From a virus, in IMG/VR virus record IMGVR_UViG_3300017987_000033: 39,568 nt of DNA; one strand, 5' to 3'. Shown here one piece after another: positions 34,095 to 39,568 of the stretch. Below the pieces are notes generated by a model, which saw nothing but the letters and a program-made list of their open reading frames with translations, was not told the DNA's origin and searched no databases. Within the stretch, counting starts at the first letter, position 1, and every line of letters begins with the position of its first letter. Position numbers and translations under genes: made by a program.

Positions 34095-34129
34095 ATAAAC
34101 AAATTAAGATCTAGCCCTCAAGGATAAAA

Positions 34130-34645
34130 ATGGAAGACAAGCAAGTTACAAGAGACGACCTAAAAAAACTTCAAGAGTATTTTATGAAAAAAATAGAAAT
34201 ACTTAGCACTGCAGTAAAAGAAGTAATTAACGATAAACAAGAAGAGCCATCAGAGCCATACCGCTCAGATGAAATAGATAAGCTTGCAGAGGCCTTAGCT
34301 GCGGCACAGGCCACCATGTCTGTAGCCAGAAAAGACTCAAGAGCTCATAACTCAGTTTATGCTACATTTGCAGACCTTAAAAAAGCAGCTGACCCTTCTT
34401 TAAACAAAAACGGACTATCCGTTATTCAGACATATACTAACGGAAACCTTAAAACCTTACTTTTACATTCATCAGGACAATGGATAAGCTCAAAAGTAAG
34501 CATCTTGGATTACATAAACCCCAACACACGACTATCTAAACAACAAGAGTTTGGGTCAACAAGATCATACCTAAAAAGATACTCCTACCAAGATATAACC
34601 GGAGTTGTAGATGCAAAAGAAGACGATAATAATGGATATAAATAA
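34130..34645 (+). CDS. ERF-family single-strand annealing protein, short paralogue, 171 aa
   Basis: LAEALAAAQATMSVARKDSRAHNSVYATFADLKKAADPSLNKNGLSVIQ...LLLHSSGQWISSKV...FGSTRSYLKRYSYQDITGV fits the ERF pattern. Confidence 0.65.
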   Translation: MEDKQVTRDDLKKLQEYFMKKIEILSTAVKEVINDKQEEPSEPYRSDEIDKLAEALAAAQATMSVARKDSRAHNSVYATFADLKKAADPSLNKNGLSVIQTYTNGNLKTLLLHSSGQWISSKVSILDYINPNTRLSKQQEFGSTRSYLKRYSYQDITGVVDAKEDDNNGYK

Positions 34646-34688
34646 GAGTAATAAAGGCGATAAACCATAAAAACGAGAAAGGGAGATA

Positions 34689-34967
34689 ATGATAGATTTT
34701 TACTTAGTAGTATTATGTGGAGCAATGCTAATAACATCATCCATAGTTTACCGTAAATCATGTAATGCGCTGCAAGATGCATACGATCTTACGAACAAAA
34801 CCCTTGAAATTTTAATGTCTACAAGGAAATCGGTAGGCCATATAATCTCTAGCCAAGAATCAATAATCAAGGCAACAGACGGCATCAGAAAAGAACTAGA
34901 TAAACTACACAACAAGAAAAAACCAGGAAGAAAGCCTAAAAATAAGTTAGTTAACAACGAGTCTTAA
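34689..34967 (+). CDS. Small membrane protein with an N-terminal TM helix, 92 aa
   Basis: MIDFYLVVLCGAMLITSSIVY followed by a charged C-terminal part. Confidence 0.45.
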   Translation: MIDFYLVVLCGAMLITSSIVYRKSCNALQDAYDLTNKTLEILMSTRKSVGHIISSQESIIKATDGIRKELDKLHNKKKPGRKPKNKLVNNES

Positions 34968-34983
34968 TACCTAAGGAGAGTTG

Positions 34984-35727
34984 ATGGAAAGTAATATAAG
35001 TAACGAAACACTGCTTAAATCTATCGAAGAGCTAACTAAAAAAATAGATAAAATAAATAAAGAAAAACCATACAGCAAATCTTACCAGTCACAACAAACT
35101 AACGAGCTCAACGCATCACTTGCAAAAACCTTTAGCGAATACCCTCAAATAAAATATAACCGAAAAGACAGCTACTTCGGAAACGACTACGCAGACCTAG
35201 ACCTAATCCTAACTAACATGAGACCACTACTCTCTAAGAACGATCTTTCTATCACTACTAGGACAATCATACTAGACAGCGGAGAAACTATCTTAGAAAC
35301 CAGATTATGGCACTCCTCAGGTCAATGGATAGAATCCCGAGCTAGACTACTCCCATCCAAGAACGACACCCAAACATATTCATCAGCGCTTATGCACCTA
35401 ACACGAACTCAGATCATGGCCATTTTAAGTATCACTGTAATTAATAACCCTGACGATGACAACGCAGTAAGACAAATGGCTTCCGCAAGAGAGATAATAG
35501 CAAGAGCAGCATCAGGCGCTAACGTCTACGACTCCAAAAAAGAAAGCTTCGAGCCAATATCTAAAGACCAAGTCGCCGAAATAGAAAACGAAATGGTAAA
35601 CCTCGATGACTTCCGATCTGAAATACTTGACGCATACAGAATACAAAGCATAACCGACCTACCTAAATCTAAATACAGAACCGCACTCAACAGAATACGA
35701 GAAATAAAAAATAAACTCGGACGATAA
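34984..35727 (+). CDS. ERF-family single-strand annealing protein, long paralogue, 247 aa from the ATG
   Basis: RKDSYFGNDYADLDLILTNMRPLLSKNDLSI...RLWHSSGQWIESRA...YSSALMHLTRTQIMAILSI. An AAGGAG site sits 5 nt upstream of the ATG at 34984. Confidence 0.65.
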   Translation: MESNISNETLLKSIEELTKKIDKINKEKPYSKSYQSQQTNELNASLAKTFSEYPQIKYNRKDSYFGNDYADLDLILTNMRPLLSKNDLSITTRTIILDSGETILETRLWHSSGQWIESRARLLPSKNDTQTYSSALMHLTRTQIMAILSITVINNPDDDNAVRQMASAREIIARAASGANVYDSKKESFEPISKDQVAEIENEMVNLDDFRSEILDAYRIQSITDLPKSKYRTALNRIREIKNKLGR

Positions 35728-35993
35728 TGATAGAACGATATACTCCACCCAATAAACTTACACACGAACCTTATGGAACAATAATAAAAGTAATTTCAGG
35801 AGAGCGAGATGTTTACTACGTACAAACATCAACAAGCTTAAAACATCCGCAATGGAAACCTATAGAAATGATACTTAGCATGACTTTTAGTAACCTTCTT
35901 TCTAATGAAGAGTTTATCGATGTATGCTTAAAGCTAATAAACAACAAAGACCAAATAAACACAGAAAGACTTATTCAAATATTAAGGAGATAA
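35727..35993 (+). CDS. Hypothetical protein, 88 aa
   Basis: Its start overlaps the ERF stop (TAATG). Confidence 0.5.
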   Translation: MIERYTPPNKLTHEPYGTIIKVISGERDVYYVQTSTSLKHPQWKPIEMILSMTFSNLLSNEEFIDVCLKLINNKDQINTERLIQILRR

Positions 35994-35996
35994 AGA

Positions 35997-36263
35997 ATGA
36001 GCTACTCAAAAATGGTATCCGCTATAATACTCTCAATCATTTCCGGCATCATGTCGTATCTAATAATTAACCACTACACAAGCCATCAACCAGAACCAGA
36101 AACCCAAGAAGTAAACGTATACTTCATTCTAGACCCAGAAAACACATCCAAAATAATACAAGACAAAATAACAAAAGAAGCCATAATAAAAAAAGATACA
36201 TTAGACCTTACTAACCTCGACCTCACTAAAACAAAAAAACAACCCATGAAGCAGTTGTGCTAA
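35997..36263 (+). CDS. Small membrane protein with an N-terminal TM helix, 88 aa, a possible holin- or spanin-type candidate
   Basis: MVSAIILSIISGIMSYLIINHY followed by a charged tail. It is the last gene of the rightward arm. Confidence 0.45.
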   Translation: MSYSKMVSAIILSIISGIMSYLIINHYTSHQPEPETQEVNVYFILDPENTSKIIQDKITKEAIIKKDTLDLTNLDLTKTKKQPMKQLC

Positions 36264-36270
36264 AACATTA

Positions 36271-36294
36271 AGGGGCCTTCGAAGGCCCCTTTTA
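36271..36294. terminator. Bidirectional terminator between the convergent transcription units
   Basis: aggggcc-ttcgaa-ggcccct followed by tttt. It lies between stops at 36263 (+) and 36298 (-). Confidence 0.75.
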
Positions 36295-36297
36295 TAA

Positions 36298-36630
36298 TTA
36301 TCTACCCGGAGGAAGATCACTTATACTTTTTATCTTATCCGGAAATTTCTTATCCCGCTTAGATCTATTCTTATAACTCTTATGCTTAAATATAACCCTA
36401 GCAAAACCCTCATCACTAGTAGGTATAGAATCAATACCCATCTCACCCAATAAAGGCATCCATTTTTCCCTTAAAGATCTAGTTATATTACTCAAATTAT
36501 GCTCCAAGACCCACTTAACAAGCCTCTCAATCTCAGACTCAAAATCTTCCTCAAAAATAATATCCTTAAAAATGGCTTTCTTTATATCATCTAACTCAAA
36601 TATAACTCTGTCATCTATCTTTATTTTCAT
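36298..36630 (-). CDS. Hypothetical protein, 110 aa, last gene of the long leftward unit
   Basis: ORF with an AAGGAG ribosome-binding site. Acidic N-terminal half and basic C-terminus. Confidence 0.5.
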   Translation of the reverse strand: MKIKIDDRVIFELDDIKKAIFKDIIFEEDFESEIERLVKWVLEHNLSNITRSLREKWMPLLGEMGIDSIPTSDEGFARVIFKHKSYKNRSKRDKKFPDKIKSISDLPPGR

Positions 36631-36647
36631 AATTAAAACTCCTTATA

Positions 36648-39568
36648 TTAAGTAGCTATTAAAAATCCACCAATCCAAGTATGGGTAGCTCCAACACCTA
36701 CTGTTTTGGTTCCCTGCTCAACTATGATAGCACAGTTAAACTGGGCAGTATCACCAGCAGACATCCTCGCAAATACCGTATAAAACAACGTTTGCTCATC
36801 ATTATAAACTAAGGCAGGGTTAATCAATTGATAAGTTTTAGATGTTGTCACTATATTTAATGGATCAGTATATACATAAATATAAACAGGCGGATCTGGA
36901 GGCGGCTCTTGAAGGTTAGTAAGCAAAATACTTAACGTAAAATTATATAATCCAGTTATAGGTGCTGTAAATACTGCATTAGATCCAGCTCCGTTTCCAG
37001 GATAAAAATCACCACCAGAATCATACTCTTCTACCATTGAGATATTAGCACCAAGCCAATACGTACTACCATCTCCAGTGACATTAGCTCTATTACTTGC
37101 CTGATACGCCCTAAACGCAGATCTTGGAAGAGCATCTGATGTAACTGTTCCAAGCTGCCCATCTGAATTAACGTAAACTAGCGAACCTGTTCCTATATTT
37201 GTTCCATAAGTAGCTGCAACAAAAAGCTTATTTTGTTCAAAATTACCAGTTCCGGTTGTACCTATCCTTATCGTATTATTGTCACCAACAACTCCATCAT
37301 TAGATATTAAAACATTATTAGATTCCGACGAAGCGAGATCGAAACCACCATTAATAAGAGTATTGTAACTTCCTGTTGTTGGACCTCCATAGTTATCGAT
37401 GCCTATACCTACATTTCTAGTACCAGATGTAAGTCTGCCTCTATACCCTACAAGTGTATTACTTCCTCCTGTTGTTATTGAGGCCCCAGAGTTATGTCCA
37501 ACTAAAGCATTAAGATCTCCAGATGTTATTAAAGATCCAGTTCCGTATCCAACAGCTGTATTATAACCTCCAGTACTTAATTGCAATGATCCTGCTCCAA
37601 CAGAAACACTAAAATCAGCAGCGCCAGATCCAGCACCCAATGCAACACTACGACCATTTAAAGGACCACTTAAAAAGTTACCTCCCTGCATTGTTATTTG
37701 ACCAGCATAATTCCATGCAATTGGATTGGCTAAGCTAACCGTAGTAGTCGGTCCAGTTGGACTACTGACTACGATATTATCTCCACCGCTTATAGTGGTT
37801 ATTCCTCCTCCTCCACCACCAGTATTAGTGATAGTTATACTGTTAGCACCAGGCGTAATAGAAATGCCAGATCCGGCAGTCAAAGAAGCCCACGCAGGCG
37901 CTCCAGTACTAGATCCAATTAATACTTGACCATCAGTGCCTTCACTAGAACTAAACAGTCCAGCCGCAGAGCTCTGTACAACGCCGCGACCTAAACCAGA
38001 AACAGTCAACGCTGTTCCTACTGTCGTAGCCCCTGTAGACGCCAATGTACTACCAGCTGTAATAGACGTTCCTGAACTTATAGATGTACCAGCTGTTACA
38101 GTTGTTCCAGCAGAAACAGACCCTGCCGTTGATGACACATTTCCAGAAATAGACGTGATATTACCTGTAGACGATATCGTAGTACCTGCTGTAACCGAAG
38201 TTCCCGCCGCTAGAGTTGTACCAGCTGTAACCGAACCAGTTAAAATTATACTTGGGTCTAAGTTTATACTAACCTCACTAGCTCCACTTGCTACAGTTCC
38301 TATGTTAGTGCCACCATGCAATGTTATTGCATTAGCTCCAGAAATAGTCGCTGTTCCACTATCAGTAGGGTTAGTTAATAAACCACCTCCACCACCACCG
38401 GATACCTTAAATGATGGCAAAACACCAGGACCGTTAGACGTTAATACATAGCCCGATGTCCCTGTACTTACTGAACCAAGCTGACCATTACTATCAACTA
38501 TAGCAACTTCTATTCCACCAACAGGAGTTACTCCATAGATACCAGCTATAAACGCGCGATTCTGCTGTTTATCTCCAGAGCCATCTATACCTATACGTAT
38601 AGTATTAGACTCACTTGCACCGTCATTACTAATTAAAATATTACTGCTACTTGTTGTTCCAAGTGATGCACCAGCACCATAACCAGTTCCGTCAGCGTTA
38701 GAGGCTGAGGAACATCCTATTGCCGTGTTATAAGAGCCTGTTGTTACGAATACACCTGTTGTCTTACCAATAAAAGTGTTATAAACCGCTGAAGTTAACG
38801 AGCCCCCAGTAGAAACACCCCATAAATTGTTAGCACTTCCTGTTGTTAAGTTACCGCCAGCGTCACTTCCCATACAAACATTACGGGTTCCTGAAGTTAA
38901 AGCGTCTAGCGATGATTGACCTAGACCTAAGTTAAAATCTCCTGTTAATGTAAAATTACCCGAACCAGGTCCTAAAAATAAATTATCACTACCATAGCTA
39001 TGTAATAAACGCGATGAATTTTGTATTATCTGACCATCTGTAGCCGTTGTCGTCGGTAAGTTAAGACTACCTGAGCTTATGTCCACATCTCCAGTTGTTA
39101 CAGTCACTCCTGTGCCAGCTGTTACTGTTGTAGCCGCGTTTAAAAAACCAGCTAAAGTAACATCATCATCCAAATTTACAGTTACAGTAGGACCAGTAGG
39201 GTCAACCGTTGTTATATTAGTTCCACCATCTACCTGAGATACACCACTCGAACCACCACTTGCAGATATTGTAATCTGACCCGGAACACTGCTGTCATCT
39301 ATCGCTATATTAGAACCAGCAGTTAAATTAGCCCAAGCAATAGTTCCAGCACCATCAGTTATCAATAACTGACCAACTGTTCCATCACTAGAACTAAACA
39401 ATCCAGCCGCTGAACTCTGAACAACCCCATTAGATAAACTAGAAACAGTAAGATCATTACCAACAGTAACGTCATTACCAACAGTAATATCACCTAACGT
39501 AACATTAATATCTCCTATATCTACCTCAATGTTACCACCAGTTGTCGTAATATCCGCAGCCGCTGTAA
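36648..39568 (-). CDS. Tail fibre, C-terminal part of the wrap-around gene (see 1..913), ending in a C1q/TNF-like globular domain
   Basis: The frame of ORF 36648..39401 stays open to the window end. It contains one full beta-roll head module (GTGVTVTTGDVDISSGSLNLPTTTATDGQI...FIAGIYGVTP...VDSNGQLGS) and one diverged copy. The C-terminus reads RSAFRAY...FTAPITGLYNFTLSI...AGDTAQF...THTWIGGFLIAT. Confidence 0.8.
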   Translation of the reverse strand, partial: TAAADITTTGGNIEVDIGDINVTLGDITVGNDVTVGNDLTVSSLSNGVVQSSAAGLFSSSDGTVGQLLITDGAGTIAWANLTAGSNIAIDDSSVPGQITISASGGSSGVSQVDGGTNITTVDPTGPTVTVNLDDDVTLAGFLNAATTVTAGTGVTVTTGDVDISSGSLNLPTTTATDGQIIQNSSRLLHSYGSDNLFLGPGSGNFTLTGDFNLGLGQSSLDALTSGTRNVCMGSDAGGNLTTGSANNLWGVSTGGSLTSAVYNTFIGKTTGVFVTTGSYNTAIGCSSASNADGTGYGAGASLGTTSSSNILISNDGASESNTIRIGIDGSGDKQQNRAFIAGIYGVTPVGGIEVAIVDSNGQLGSVSTGTSGYVLTSNGPGVLPSFKVSGGGGGGLLTNPTDSGTATISGANAITLHGGTNIGTVASGASEVSINLDPSIILTGSVTAGTTLAAGTSVTAGTTISSTGNITSISGNVSSTAGSVSAGTTVTAGTSISSGTSITAGSTLASTGATTVGTALTVSGLGRGVVQSSAAGLFSSSEGTDGQVLIGSSTGAPAWASLTAGSGISITPGANSITITNTGGGGGGITTISGGDNIVVSSPTGPTTTVSLANPIAWNYAGQITMQGGNFLSGPLNGRSVALGAGSGAADFSVSVGAGSLQLSTGGYNTAVGYGTGSLITSGDLNALVGHNSGASITTGGSNTLVGYRGRLTSGTRNVGIGIDNYGGPTTGSYNTLINGGFDLASSESNNVLISNDGVVGDNNTIRIGTTGTGNFEQNKLFVAATYGTNIGTGSLVYVNSDGQLGTVTSDALPRSAFRAYQASNRANVTGDGSTYWLGANISMVEEYDSGGDFYPGNGAGSNAVFTAPITGLYNFTLSILLTNLQEPPPDPPVYIYVYTDPLNIVTTSKTYQLINPALVYNDEQTLFYTVFARMSAGDTAQFNCAIIVEQGTKTVGVGATHTWIGGFLIAT
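39446..39568. repeat. Exact duplicate of 1..123 (end overlap)
   Basis: Identical to the first 123 bases of the window. Confidence 0.9.

Overview
The window is an essentially complete, circularly closed genome of an AT-rich tailed phage with podovirus-like gene content. It is about 39.4 kb once an exact 123-bp duplication of the two window ends is collapsed.

Nearly all genes lie on the minus strand in one tightly packed, often translationally coupled series, punctuated by GC-rich hairpin terminators. In transcription order (descending coordinates from about 34031) they are:
- two Xis/MerR-like HTH proteins and a frameshifted small gene;
- a 3 x 58-bp iteron array (putative origin) and a winged-helix initiator candidate;
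- a 582-aa protein with three DnaA-domain-I-like repeats and a RusA-like protein;
- terminase small and large subunits, the large one interrupted by a 403-aa LAGLIDADG intein;
- portal and scaffold;
- a three-gene island of secreted or membrane proteins, one with a Hint/BIL autoprocessing domain, wedged between the scaffold and capsid genes;
- an N4-gp56-type major capsid gene behind its own promoter and a GC-rich structured leader;
- virion and tail proteins, then Met/Gln-rich internal proteins;
- three large modular fibre proteins. One has a peptidase-S74 intramolecular chaperone. One has a C1q/TNF-like tip and wraps across the window ends.

A short plus-strand arm (34130-36263) carries two paralogous ERF-type recombinases. 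A second small plus-strand cassette (8379-9027: unknown protein, RHH protein, small membrane protein) sits antisense inside the tail module.

I could not recognise an integrase, DNA polymerase, helicase/primase, endolysin, tRNA or CRISPR array. All functional calls rest on motif recognition by eye, because no database search was possible.
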